NCBI GenBank assembly: GCA_963845185.1
Contig: CAWJRG010000011.1
Coordinates: 1 to 64,000 of the forward strand
DNA: 64,000 bases
Source of the DNA: an uncultured bacterium
GTDB taxonomy: Bacteria; Oederibacteriota; PGYV01; CAWJRG01
Direction of reading: 5' to 3'
Shown here: in pieces, positions 1 to 10,514 of the stretch
Numbering within the stretch: the first letter of the stretch is position 1
Layout of the letters: the number at the start of each line of letters is the position of its first letter
The notes under the pieces: generated by a model
The model's database searches: none
Told to the model about the DNA's origin: nothing
What the model saw: only the letters and a program-made list of their open reading frames with translations
Position numbers and translations under genes: made by a program

Positions 1-2666
1 GAAGGTGTTTCCGTCGCCGTCGGGCTGCTGCACACGCCAAATTCTTCGACTCTATAATTATAGGAATCCGCGACATACACGTCCCCGCTGCTGTCCACTG
101 CTACTCCCCGGGAAAAAGTAAACTGCCCATTGCCGGTTCCCGTACTGCCCCATTGCGTTATATATATTCCTGTACTGCTGAATTTTTCGATTCTATTATT
201 CACCATGTCTGCAACATACACATCCCCGCTGCCGTCTATTGCTATTTCAAAAGGATTATTAAACTGCCCGGGGCCGGTTCCGGCACTGCCCCATTGTGTC
301 ATGTATGTTCCTGTACTGCTGAATTCCTGGATATTGTCGTTAGCTTCGTCCGCGACATACACGTTTCCGCTGTTGTCTATCGCTATGCCCTGGGGAGCAT
401 TAAATTGCCCGTTGCCGTACCCGGGGCTGCCCCATTGGGTGATATATGTTCCGGTACTGCTGAATTTTTCGATTCTGTCATTATAAGTGTCTGTAACATA
501 TACATCCCCGCTGCTGTCTACTGCTACTCCCCATGGATAATTAAACTGCCCGTTGCCGTTTCCGGCACTGCCCCATTGTGTTATATATGTGCCTGTACTG
601 CTGAATTCTTCGATTTTGTTATTGCCAAAGTCTGAAACATACACATCCCCGCTGCTGCTTACTGCTATTCCAACAGGATAATAAAACTGCCCGTTTCCGG
701 TTCCATAACCGCCCCATTGGGTTATATAAGTGCCTGTCCCGGTAAATTCTTCGACCCTATAATTATCTGAATCCGTAACAAACACATTTCCGCTGCTGTC
801 CACTGCTACTACCTGGGGAAAATTAAACTGCCCGTTAGCTGTACCATGCCCGCCCCACTGGGTTATATAACAGGGCGTGGGCCCGGATATTAAAGTGGCA
901 GTATAAGTCGGCGTTATAGTAAACGTGTTTATATATGACACCACGGGCGTTGCCGTGTATGTAACTGTACTGCTGGGTGATATAAAAATGACCCTGGTAC
1001 ATAGAAAAAGGTTGTCCATGGAAATGCCCAGGCCGCTTGATTCGTCGATACCTGCCGCAGAGCTCCGGAACACATATGGACCTAGGCCTCCCGCAAGGGT
1101 ATAAGTCCACGTGAAGCTCGCTGACTGGCCCGCAGGTATGTTTGCGCTGGAAGGCGCAGGGGAAATTGAAGGCATATAAAAATCTAAACCGCCCGGCAGT
1201 TTTACGCTGAAATCAGGCGACACATTGTCCGCATTGCCGGTGCCTGCATTAGAAACTGACAAAATCACGGTTACTGCCTGTCCCAGAGCGGCATTATCAG
1301 CCAAAACCGTCATTGAGCCGCAGACTAAATCCGCGGCCGGCGTGATTGTGGCCGTGACCGAAGGCGTTGCGCTTGGCGTAGGGGTCGGCGTCTGCGTGGA
1401 TGTAGCTGTCCCGGTTACGGTTATGGTCGCCGTCGGGCTCGGCATGCAAAAAACAAATATGCCGTTGCCCTGGTTGGATGTGACAAACAATTTATTTTCA
1501 GCCACGGCAAGCGAGCAGTCCGTGATTAAGCCCGGATTTGTATTCTGTGGGAATTTATACTGCCACGTAATATTGCCGTTTGTGATATTGACCGCATATA
1601 CATGGTTTGTAGCATAATCACCTGTATAAACGTATCCGTTTGCTATTGCAGGCGAGTATTCCACGCCGACATAACTCCCGAAAGACACCGGGAACCCAGG
1701 CTGTGGCGCGTATGTCGAGGTGTTCCATGCGTATAATTTGCCGTCCAGTGCCCCGATATAAACAATCCCGTTCGCCAATGAAGGCGAATTATCCGTGCTG
1801 GTTCCCATAGTAAAATACGTTAAGAGCCCGCCGGTCAATGCGTTCCATTCGAATAAATCATCGTTCGACGACGCCATGTACGCGTTTCCGTTTGATATTG
1901 ATGGCGACGACCAGGCATAGGCTCCGGCTGCCGCAGGAAACCCTGTAACACTTACGCCTGTCGCAGCATACCATGCATATAAGCTTTGGCTTGCTGGATA
2001 TGCCGGAAAAGACGCCCCTATGCAAACTATGCCGTTTGCCACCGCCGGCGATGAATCTATAATACCGCCTGTCCCTGTGCTTGCCGGGAATCCAGCAACA
2101 GGCGCGCCTGTCGCAGCATCCCATGCATATAAGTTGCCGTCTTCGGATCCTACGTAAACTATGCCGTTTGATACAGCCGGCGACGATATAATCTGGCCGG
2201 TCGTGCTTACAGGGAACCCTGAAACCTGCACCCCGGTCGTTGCGTACCATGCGTATAAATTGTTATCCTCTGACCCGATATATACAATGCCATTTGCGAC
2301 TGCAGGCGAAGAACGTATCTGACCGCCTGTGCTTACCGGAAACCCGGTAATAGTAACGCCTGTTGCGGTGTCCCATGCGTATAATTTACCGTCAACTGAA
2401 CCTGCGTAAACTATACCGTTTGCCACTGCGGGTGATGACTGCTGGATCACGTTAATTGTATTGTTTGACGCGTCCACGCCGTCCCAGTTTGTCTGCGACC
2501 ATAAGAGCACTAGCGGCGGTTGAAGTGTGGAATAAGGATTGTACCTTGTGCCCGTGTCAATGCCTGCCGTGCTTGTCGTGCCGTGAAAATCTGCCCAGAC
2601 GTCGGCATAAACATTGACGCCGGAAACAGCCATGAGCACTATACTTATCCATAAATATTTTTTTAT
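1..2666 (-). CDS. Secreted PQQ-like propeller + Ig/DUF11-like + NHL-repeat protein with Thr/Pro linkers (3' end runs off the window)
   Basis: Frame from an ATA at 2666 (after SD GAGGTG) reads KKYLWISIVLMAVSGVNVYADVWADFHG, and the same frame reads EEFGVCSSPTATETP at the window edge. The ORF track shows no stop-terminated ORF in this frame. Paralog of 5513..7147. Confidence 0.85.
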   Translation of the reverse strand, partial: MKKYLWISIVLMAVSGVNVYADVWADFHGTTSTAGIDTGTRYNPYSTLQPPLVLLWSQTNWDGVDASNNTINVIQQSSPAVANGIVYAGSVDGKLYAWDTATGVTITGFPVSTGGQIRSSPAVANGIVYIGSEDNNLYAWYATTGVQVSGFPVSTTGQIISSPAVSNGIVYVGSEDGNLYAWDAATGAPVAGFPASTGTGGIIDSSPAVANGIVCIGASFPAYPASQSLYAWYAATGVSVTGFPAAAGAYAWSSPSISNGNAYMASSNDDLFEWNALTGGLLTYFTMGTSTDNSPSLANGIVYIGALDGKLYAWNTSTYAPQPGFPVSFGSYVGVEYSPAIANGYVYTGDYATNHVYAVNITNGNITWQYKFPQNTNPGLITDCSLAVAENKLFVTSNQGNGIFVFCMPSPTATITVTGTATSTQTPTPTPSATPSVTATITPAADLVCGSMTVLADNAALGQAVTVILSVSNAGTGNADNVSPDFSVKLPGGLDFYMPSISPAPSSANIPAGQSASFTWTYTLAGGLGPYVFRSSAAGIDESSGLGISMDNLFLCTRVIFISPSSTVTYTATPVVSYINTFTITPTYTATLISGPTPCYITQWGGHGTANGQFNFPQVVAVDSSGNVFVTDSDNYRVEEFTGTGTYITQWGGYGTGNGQFYYPVGIAVSSSGDVYVSDFGNNKIEEFSSTGTYITQWGSAGNGNGQFNYPWGVAVDSSGDVYVTDTYNDRIEKFSSTGTYITQWGSPGYGNGQFNAPQGIAIDNSGNVYVADEANDNIQEFSSTGTYMTQWGSAGTGPGQFNNPFEIAIDGSGDVYVADMVNNRIEKFSSTGIYITQWGSTGTGNGQFTFSRGVAVDSSGDVYVADSYNYRVEEFGVCSSPTATETP

Positions 2667-2694
2667 AAAGCACCTCTTTCAACTTTCAACTATT

Positions 2695-5412
2695 CTACTT
2701 CACAACCGCCATCTTCCCCCATGCTTTTTGCTTTGTCCTGCTGTCCAAAGCTTCCAGGCTGTAAATATACACGCCGCTTGCAACTTCCCTGCCTGATTTA
2801 TTATTAGTGTCCCAGTATATGCTGTTCATGCCCGCAATGCCCTGCTGCGTGAGTTCCCTGACGACTTCGCCGCTTATCGTGTATATCTTTACATTTACAT
2901 CAGCCCCGCCGCATAACTGGTAAATAATGTTCGTGCCGTTTGAGCATGGGTTTGGCGAATTTTTATATAAATTCAGGCAAAGCAGTATTATTGGCGTAGG
3001 CGTTGCCGTTACTGTGCATGTCACGCTTGCCGATAATGTCAATGTTTGTGTCGTTGTAATGGTATTAGGCGGCGTTATGGTTGAAGTTAATGTTGCAGTA
3101 AATGTTTCTGTCATAGTTACTGTTGCTGTATATGTGTTTGTGATTGTATTAGTCGGCGATACAGTGCTGGTCTGTATAGATGTTACAAACATAGTAGGCG
3201 TCGGGCTTGTGCACGCGCCGAATTCCTGGATTCTGCTGTTACCCCATTCTCCAACATACACATTCCCGCTGCTGTCTACTGCTATTCCCTCAGGGGCGTA
3301 AATCTGCCCGTTGCCGGTTCCCCGACTGCCCCATTGTGTTATATATGTGCCTGTGCTGCTGAATTCCTGGATCCGGTTATTGCTTGTATCTGCAACATAC
3401 ACATTTCCGCTGCTGTCTACTGCCACTCCATAAGGAGCCGCAAACTGGCCGTTGCCGGTTCCGGCACTGCCCCATTGTGTTATATATGCGCCTGTACTGC
3501 TGAATTCCTGGATCCGGTTATTACCAATATCGGCAACGTATACGTTTCCGCTGCTGTTTACTGTTATTCCCCATGAAGTGCTAAACTGCCCGTTGCCAGC
3601 CCCGGCACTTCCCCATCGGGTTATATATGCGCCTGTGCTGCTGAATTCTTCGACTCTGAAATTACCTCCGTCTGTAACATACACGTCTCCGCTGCTGTCT
3701 ACTGCTATTCCCTCAGGGGCGTTAAACTGCCCGTTGCCGCTTCCGGAAGTTCCCCATTGGGTTATATATGTTCCCGTACTGCTGAATTCCTCTATTCTGT
3801 TATTGTACCTGTCAGAAACATATACATTGCCGTTGCTGTCTACTGCAACTCCTTCAGGTTGGTTAAGCTGCCCGTTGCCGCTCCCTGTGCCGCCCCATTG
3901 CGTGATATATGTGCCCGTACTGCTGAATTCTTCGACTCTGTTATTATAATAATCTGCAACATACACGTTTCCGTTGCTGCCAACTGCTACTCCGGCAGGA
4001 CCATTAAACTGCCCGTTGCCGGTTCCATTACTGCCCCATTGCGTGATATAGCAGAGCGGCGGCCCGGATATTGGAGTTGCAGTGTAGGTTGGAGTAATAG
4101 TACATGTAATTGTGCAGGTAGGCGATATAGTGAATGTCGGTGTAATGGTGCCCGTAATTGTACCGGTCAATGTAGGTGTCGGGCTCGGCATGCAGAATAC
4201 GAATATGCCGTTGCCCTCGTCAGACGTCACAAAAAGCTTGTCTTCCGCGACTGACGGCGAGCAGTAATCAAGGCCCTCATCATCGTAATTCTGCGGCAGG
4301 TTGTATTGCCAAGCTATGTTGCCGTTTGTAATGTCGACCCCGAAAACAATGTTCTGGTATGATGTCCCCACATATAAATACCCGTTTGCGACGGCAGGCG
4401 AAGAATTTATCTCGCTCCCGTCAAGGCTTATTGGGAACCCTGTCATGGTTACGCCTGTGGCAGTGTCAAACGCGTACAGCTTGCAGTTTGTCGCGCCTAT
4501 GTAAACGACCCCGTTTGCCACGGCAGGCGAACCCTCGCTGATGATAGCACCTGCAGGAAACCCTGTTTTTGTCACACCTGTCGCGGCGTCAAACGCAAAA
4601 AACCCGCTGCTGCCCGAGCCTGCGTAAATCACGCCGTTTGACATTGTCGGCGAGCTCCAGTAGCCAAGCCCGTAGTTTATTGTCGGGTATCCCGGTATGA
4701 CGGCTCCGGTCGCTGCGTCCCACGCGTATAACTTGCCGTCGGTAGAGGTTATGCATACTATGCCGTTTCCCACTGCAGGCGACGTCCAGATATTCGCGCC
4801 TGTGGCTTCCGGGAACCCGGACGGCCTGTTATGGGAGCGGCGGTCAGCGCGTCCCATGCGTGCAAACTGCCGTCATTTGAGCCGGTGTAAACAATGCCGT
4901 TCACCACTGCGGCTGACGAGAAAATAGACGCCGCTGTGGAAACGGGAAATCCGGCGACAGGCGCACCTGTCAGCGCGTCAAACGCGTATAAGCTGCCGTC
5001 AATGGACCCTATGTAAACTTTTCCGTTTATCACTGCAGGCGATAAAATCGCATTATCCGGTATGCTCTCGGAAAATATGGTTGCGCCCGTATTCGTATCA
5101 AAGGCGTACAGGCCGTGGCTCTGCGGCTTTTGTGCCGTTTGCGGAAGTTATGTATACTATCCCGTTTACAACGGCAGGCGATGATTCCTGAATCACGTTG
5201 TTTGTATTTCCGCTTGCGTCCCACCCGTCCCAGTTTGTTTTCGACCAGAGCAGGACAAGGGGTGGTTTCAGGTTTGAATAAGGGTTATAACGCGAGCCTG
5301 TGTCAATGCCGGCTGTGCTTGTGGTGCCGTGAAAGTCAGCCCAGACGTCGGCATGGACAGGCAAACAAATAGATATCAAAAATATGATGATTAAAAAACT
5401 TTTTATACGCAT
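2695..5412 (-). pseudogene. PQQ-like + 6x NHL + T9SS/FlgD-like CTD protein, split by two frameshifts
   Basis: Pieces 5098..5451, 4758..5033 and 2695..4857 join into a homolog of 5513..7147. Extra A in AAAA at ~5130; second shift at ~4820. Confidence 0.8.
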
Positions 5413-5512
5413 TTTGCCCTCTATCATGGAAACTCGTGCTCCCTGCACCATATATATTATATCATATTTTTTTAATTAATGAATAAATCCCCGAAATGCC
5501 AAATTCCAAATC

Positions 5513-7147
5513 TTACTTTACTACCGCCATCTTTCCCCATGCTTTTTGCTTTGTCCTGCTGTCCAAAGCTTCTATGCTGTAAATAAAAGTACCGCTTGCT
5601 ACTGCCCTGCCTGATTTATTTTCAGTGTCCCAGTATATGCTGTTCATGCCCGCAATGCCCTGCTGCGAGAATTCCCTTACGACCTCGCCGCTTATCGTAT
5701 ATATTTTTACATTCACCTGCGCCGTGTCGCATAACCGGTAAATTATGTTTGTGCCGTTCGAGCATGGGTTCGGCGAATTTTTGTATAAAGCCAGGCAAAG
5801 CGGTATTACAGGGGTTGCTGTTAATGTGCATGTCGCGCTTACTATTAGCGTGGGTGTTTGTGTTGCTGTAATAGTGCCGGTTGGGGTCGGGCTCGGCATG
5901 CAGAACACGAATATGCCGTTGGCCTCGTCTGATGTCACGAATAGCTTGTCTTCCGCGACTGCCGGCGAGCAGTAATCAAATCCCTCGCCGTCATAGTTAG
6001 TAGGCATCTGGTATTGCCATGTAATGTTTCCGTTTGATATGTCGACGGCATAAAGTATGCTTCCGTATTCCATGCCAACATAAACATATCCGTTTGCGAC
6101 CGCAGGCGATGACTTTCCCTCGCCGCCCAGAGTTACAGGGAATCCCGGTTGCAATGCGCCTGTTACCGCATTCCACGCGTATAATTTTCCGTCGCTTGAC
6201 GTTATGTAAACAACTCCATTTGCGACTGCCGGCGATGCTTCAATACCGCCGCCTGTAGCTACGGGAAATCCTGGTTGTACCGCGCCTGTTGCAGCGTCAA
6301 ACGCGTATAGGTCCCACCTGCCTGACGCTGCATAAACGGTCCCATTTGATATTGCGGGTGATGACCAGAAACCCAGCCCAAAATTCACGGTAGGGAACCC
6401 CTGAATCACGGCTCCAGTCGTCGCATTCCACGCGTACAATTTACCATCGGTTGACGTTATGTAAATAATCCCGTTAGCTATTGCAGGCGATGCCCAAATA
6501 TTGCTTCCTGTAGCCACGGGAAATCCCGGCTGGGCTGCTCCGCTCGACGCGTCCCACGCGTATAATTTATAATCATTCGAACCGTCATAAACAATCCCGT
6601 TTACTACTGCCGGTGATGCAAAAATACCATTGCCTGTATTCACCGGAAAGCCTGGAATTGGCGCTCCGTTTGCAGCGTTCCAGGCGTATAAATTACCGTC
6701 AATTGCCCCTACATAAACCCTGCCGTTTGCGATGGCCGGCGATGATATCACATTATTGGGAATACTTATAGGGAAACCGGCTATGGGAGCCCCGGTGTTC
6801 GTATCAAAGGCGTATAAACCATGGCTTGCAGGATTTGCGTCATTCGCAGAACCTATATAAACAATCCCGTTTGCTATGGCCGGAGACGTTTCCTGTATGA
6901 CATTAATCGCTTTCCCCGAAGCGTTATAACCGTCCCAGTTTGTCTGCGACCACAGTAATACCAGCGGCGGTTTTAGGTTTGAATACGGATTATACCTTGT
7001 TCCGGTGTCTATGCCTGCTGTGCTTGTGGTGCCGTGAAAATCCGCCCATACGTCGGCATGCAGTTCCGTGCCTAAAAAGATTAGCGGCAATGATATCATT
7101 AAAATGAAAATCCAGTCACGCTTTAAAAAATACGAACATGAATTCAT
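5513..7147 (-). CDS. Secreted PQQ-like beta-propeller protein with Thr-rich linker and T9SS-A/FlgD-like CTD
   Basis: Signal peptide, repeated SSPAxANGxVY..LYAWDA blades, C-terminal NSPNP...WD..G..VASG.Y..WGKMAVVK. Confidence 0.85.
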   Translation of the reverse strand: MNSCSYFLKRDWIFILMISLPLIFLGTELHADVWADFHGTTSTAGIDTGTRYNPYSNLKPPLVLLWSQTNWDGYNASGKAINVIQETSPAIANGIVYIGSANDANPASHGLYAFDTNTGAPIAGFPISIPNNVISSPAIANGRVYVGAIDGNLYAWNAANGAPIPGFPVNTGNGIFASPAVVNGIVYDGSNDYKLYAWDASSGAAQPGFPVATGSNIWASPAIANGIIYITSTDGKLYAWNATTGAVIQGFPTVNFGLGFWSSPAISNGTVYAASGRWDLYAFDAATGAVQPGFPVATGGGIEASPAVANGVVYITSSDGKLYAWNAVTGALQPGFPVTLGGEGKSSPAVANGYVYVGMEYGSILYAVDISNGNITWQYQMPTNYDGEGFDYCSPAVAEDKLFVTSDEANGIFVFCMPSPTPTGTITATQTPTLIVSATCTLTATPVIPLCLALYKNSPNPCSNGTNIIYRLCDTAQVNVKIYTISGEVVREFSQQGIAGMNSIYWDTENKSGRAVASGTFIYSIEALDSRTKQKAWGKMAVVK

Positions 7148-7323
7148 AAATTTCTTATCCAGTTTATATCACCTGTATAATGGTTATTTATATAATTAAG
7201 ACAACCATTTCACGGAATAGTTTCGGATAATTTTTCTGGATTTTTGTGCTGTTGGCCGGAATTTATTTAAGGATGTTTTCGCGAAGAGGGATTAAATTAC
7301 TTTAGTACCGCAGTAAATATTAT

Positions 7324-8430
7324 TTATATCGTCTTTGCGAATTTCATGAATGCTTCCTCTATCGTCTTAAAATCCGCGTCAGTCAAGGCAGGCCCGACAG
7401 GCAGGCTCAAGACTTCGTTGGCTATTTTTTCAGAAATTGGCAGGCTGTATTTTCTTTTGAGTATTTGCTTGTAAAACGGCTGCTGGTGCAAAGACAGCGG
7501 GTAAAAAATCTTCGCGCCCACGCCTGAGTCGTTCAAAGACTTGAGCAGCGCGTCCCTTTTCCCGTTTGTTACTTTTACCGTGAACTGGTGATAAATATGG
7601 AAATTGCCTTCTGCTTCTTCAGGTGTAACAATCCAAGCGTAAGCTGCGAGCATCTTTTTTAAACGCGCAGCGTTTTCACGCCTTTTATTGTTAAATGAAT
7701 CAAGTTTTTTAAGCTGGGCAAGTCCTATTGCCGCTTCAATATCCGTTGTCCTGTAATTATACCCTATGCGGGTATGGTAATAGGTCTTTTCAGAGCCATG
7801 GTTGATAAAGCTCCTCGCTATCCCGGCCGCCTGGTCGGAGTCTGTCGTAACCATGCCGCCTTCTGCCGTCGTCATGTTCTTTGTGGCGTACATGGAAAAA
7901 GAGCCGCCGTCACCGAATGTCCCTGCTTTTTTATCCCTGTATTTCGCGCCGTGTGCCTGCGCCGCGTCTTCTATTATTTTCACCCCGTGTTTTTGCGCAA
8001 GGGCGGTTATCTTATCCATTTCGCACGCCTGGCCGAAAAGATGCACGACCATAATTGCCTTTATTTTCTTGAATATGTCTTTTTTCAGTTCTTTTTCAAT
8101 TGCCTCGGGCGATATATTAAAGCTGTTCCCGTCAATATCCGCGAAAACAGGCTCGGCGCCTGCGTGCAATATCGAGTTGCCTGTCGCAATAAATGTAAAA
8201 GGCGTTGTAATTACCCTGTGCCCCTTGCCAATTCCGTTCATAAAAAGCGCCGTATGCAGAGAGCATGTGCCGTTTGAAACCGCGATTGCGTGTTTTGCGT
8301 CTACGTATTTCGCGAATTCCGCTTCAAATTCCTTTACTTTCTGGCCGGCCGCTATCATGCCCGAATCAAGTACTTTTAAAACCGCTTCTTTTTCCTCGCT
8401 GGCCATCATTGGTTTTGAAATCGGTATCAT
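7324..8430 (-). CDS. DegT/DnrJ/EryC1/StrS PLP-dependent sugar aminotransferase
   Basis: EDAAQAHGA, SMYATKNMTTAEGGM, GYNYR motifs; likely start MIPISKP at 8430. Confidence 0.92.
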   Translation of the reverse strand: MIPISKPMMASEEKEAVLKVLDSGMIAAGQKVKEFEAEFAKYVDAKHAIAVSNGTCSLHTALFMNGIGKGHRVITTPFTFIATGNSILHAGAEPVFADIDGNSFNISPEAIEKELKKDIFKKIKAIMVVHLFGQACEMDKITALAQKHGVKIIEDAAQAHGAKYRDKKAGTFGDGGSFSMYATKNMTTAEGGMVTTDSDQAAGIARSFINHGSEKTYYHTRIGYNYRTTDIEAAIGLAQLKKLDSFNNKRRENAARLKKMLAAYAWIVTPEEAEGNFHIYHQFTVKVTNGKRDALLKSLNDSGVGAKIFYPLSLHQQPFYKQILKRKYSLPISEKIANEVLSLPVGPALTDADFKTIEEAFMKFAKTI

Positions 8431-8431
8431 C

Positions 8432-9241
8432 TTATTCCTCCGTGCCGTAAATGAAAATTTTGCCTTTATCGGCAAGTCCGGTTAACTTGTCTTTTTCGAT
8501 TAAAAAAGTTTTCCCGGCTTCTACTGCTATTCCTTTGCCGCCGCATGCCTTTAACAATTTTATCGTCCTGGTTCCTATTGAAGGGATATCATACCTGATA
8601 TCCTGGCTTTTTCTTGCAGTTTTTACCGCTATAAAATCTTTCCCCGCTATTTTCGCCCCTCTTTTAATGCATTCATCCGTGCCTTCCTGCGCCTCAACCG
8701 CGACAATAATCCCGTTTTTGACTATGACAGTCTGCCCGATATCCAGGGATGCAATCATTCTGGCGATGGAAAATCCCAGTTTGATATTTTTTAAGTCTGT
8801 GCGCGATGGTTTGGCACGGGTGCACCACCCTGATTTTGCTATTGATTCTTCCATTAAATATGTGGACGGCAGTATTTTTATGCCGTTTTTTTCGAATTCC
8901 TTTATTACTTCATTTAATATTGAAACAGCCCTTAAGTCTTTTGCCCGTAAAACAACAAGCAGAGTCTTTAAATCAAACTTGATTTTTTTTAAAAGGTTTG
9001 TGTGCCTTACATATCCCAGCATAATAAGCTGTTTTATGTTTTCTTTTTTTAATATTTTCAGGATTTTGCCCAGCTGCGTCATCTTAAGCCGGTAAATTTT
9101 GTACCCGCATTTTTCTATTTCTTTGCCTGCCTCGCCCGCTATTGTAAAAATAATCACTTCGAGTTTTCGCTTTTTCGCCTGTTTTAAGAATTCAACCGGA
9201 AGGCTCCCCTGTCCGGCCAGCAGCCCGATTTTATTGTTCAA
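8432..9241 (-). CDS. lpxI: UDP-2,3-diacylglucosamine diphosphatase LpxI
   Basis: GLLAGQGSLP, DIGQT, AVEAQEGTD, DIRYDIPSIG motifs; follows lpxA. Confidence 0.92.
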   Translation of the reverse strand: MNNKIGLLAGQGSLPVEFLKQAKKRKLEVIIFTIAGEAGKEIEKCGYKIYRLKMTQLGKILKILKKENIKQLIMLGYVRHTNLLKKIKFDLKTLLVVLRAKDLRAVSILNEVIKEFEKNGIKILPSTYLMEESIAKSGWCTRAKPSRTDLKNIKLGFSIARMIASLDIGQTVIVKNGIIVAVEAQEGTDECIKRGAKIAGKDFIAVKTARKSQDIRYDIPSIGTRTIKLLKACGGKGIAVEAGKTFLIEKDKLTGLADKGKIFIYGTEE

Positions 9242-10005
9242 CGTAAAAGTCCCCTTTTTGATGTCCTTGCAAACTCAATAAACTGCTTTACCTCGCCGGT
9301 TTGCTCGACTTCCGCTTCTATTTTTTTCAGCGCTTCCTCTAAAACCAGTTTATCCCTGAAAAATATCCTATATGCTTTATCCAAAGCAGAAAGTTTTTGA
9401 GGTGTGAAACCCCTTCTTTTTAGGCCGACTTTGTTTAATCCAAAAACTCTTAACGGTTCATCGGCCACCATTACAAAAGGCATGACATCCTTTACCACCT
9501 TTACTGCACCGCCGACCATCGCGTGTACCCCGATTCTGACGTGCTGGTGCACCAGCGAATACCCGCTCATAAAAGCGTAGTCCCCGATTTCAACATGGCC
9601 GGAAATTCCTACGTTATTTACCATTACCACATTATTGCCTATTTTACAGTCATGGGCTATGTGGGCCATTACCATGATAAAACAATTATCGCCTATGACA
9701 GTCGCTTCTCCCTCGTGTGTGGCCCTGTGTATCGTGACGTATTCGCGTATTAAGTTATTATTGCCTATCCTGGTAAATGATTTTTCATTTTTATATTTTA
9801 CATCCTGCGGGGTGCCGGAAATAATTGTCCCTTCGCCGATGTAATTATTGTTCCCTATTATCGCGCCTTCGATGATATGCGCCCTAGGCCCGATTTCTAC
9901 ATCGTCGCCGATCTCAACCCCGGCTTCTATTATGGCAAAAGGCCCGACATTTATATTTTTGCCCAGCTTTGCCTCTTTACTTACTATCGCAGTCTCGTGA
10001 ATCAA
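9238..10005 (-). CDS. lpxA: Acyl-ACP-UDP-GlcNAc O-acyltransferase
   Basis: IHETAIV start, hexapeptide repeats, PQD, HIAHDC, GLNKVGLKRRG. Confidence 0.95.
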   Translation of the reverse strand: MIHETAIVSKEAKLGKNINVGPFAIIEAGVEIGDDVEIGPRAHIIEGAIIGNNNYIGEGTIISGTPQDVKYKNEKSFTRIGNNNLIREYVTIHRATHEGEATVIGDNCFIMVMAHIAHDCKIGNNVVMVNNVGISGHVEIGDYAFMSGYSLVHQHVRIGVHAMVGGAVKVVKDVMPFVMVADEPLRVFGLNKVGLKRRGFTPQKLSALDKAYRIFFRDKLVLEEALKKIEAEVEQTGEVKQFIEFARTSKRGLLR

Positions 10006-10447
10006 TTTTTTCCTCCTTATCCCCTATAATCGCCATCATGTCTGCTTCAGCAACCAGTTCTTCGCCGACATAAGTGTCTCCGTGAAATTTTCCGATCCTG
10101 CCGTTGAATTTCACCAGTTTAAGCATCATTTTAAGCTGGTCCCCCGGCACAACCGGCTTTCTGAACTTTACCGCGTCAATTGTCATAAAATATAGTATCT
10201 TGCCTTTTTCTCCCTTTAATTTCGTCGAAAGCATAAGCACCCCGGCTGTTTGCGCCATAGCTTCAATAATCAGGACACCCGGCATAACCGGCTTGCCCGG
10301 AAAATGCCCCTGAAAAAACCATTCATTTATGGTCACATTTTTTATGCCTGTAATAGATTCTCCTTCTTTAATGTCAATAATGCGGTCAACGAGCAAAAAC
10401 GGGAACCTGTGCGGCAGGTATTCCTGTATAGTTTTTACGTCCATCAT
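9977..10447 (-). CDS. fabZ: 3-hydroxyacyl-ACP dehydratase
   Basis: LPHRFPFLLVD, FQGHFP, MPGVLIIEAMAQ. Confidence 0.97.
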   Translation of the reverse strand: MMDVKTIQEYLPHRFPFLLVDRIIDIKEGESITGIKNVTINEWFFQGHFPGKPVMPGVLIIEAMAQTAGVLMLSTKLKGEKGKILYFMTIDAVKFRKPVVPGDQLKMMLKLVKFNGRIGKFHGDTYVGEELVAEADMMAIIGDKEEKIDSRDCDSK

Positions 10448-10514
10448 AATATAACCTCCGTAATTAAGTTTAATGTTGAATGTTTAAGGTTTGAGGTTAA
10501 AAAACTTTCAACTT

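Noticed and set aside
130..635. Plus-strand ORFs opposite NHL, kdp, lpx and IS genes
   Set aside because: Antisense shadows of well-supported genes
3230..4050. ~141-bp periodic DNA repeats resembling an array
   Set aside because: They are coding NHL blades (47 aa); no repeat-spacer structure and no cas genes, so not CRISPR
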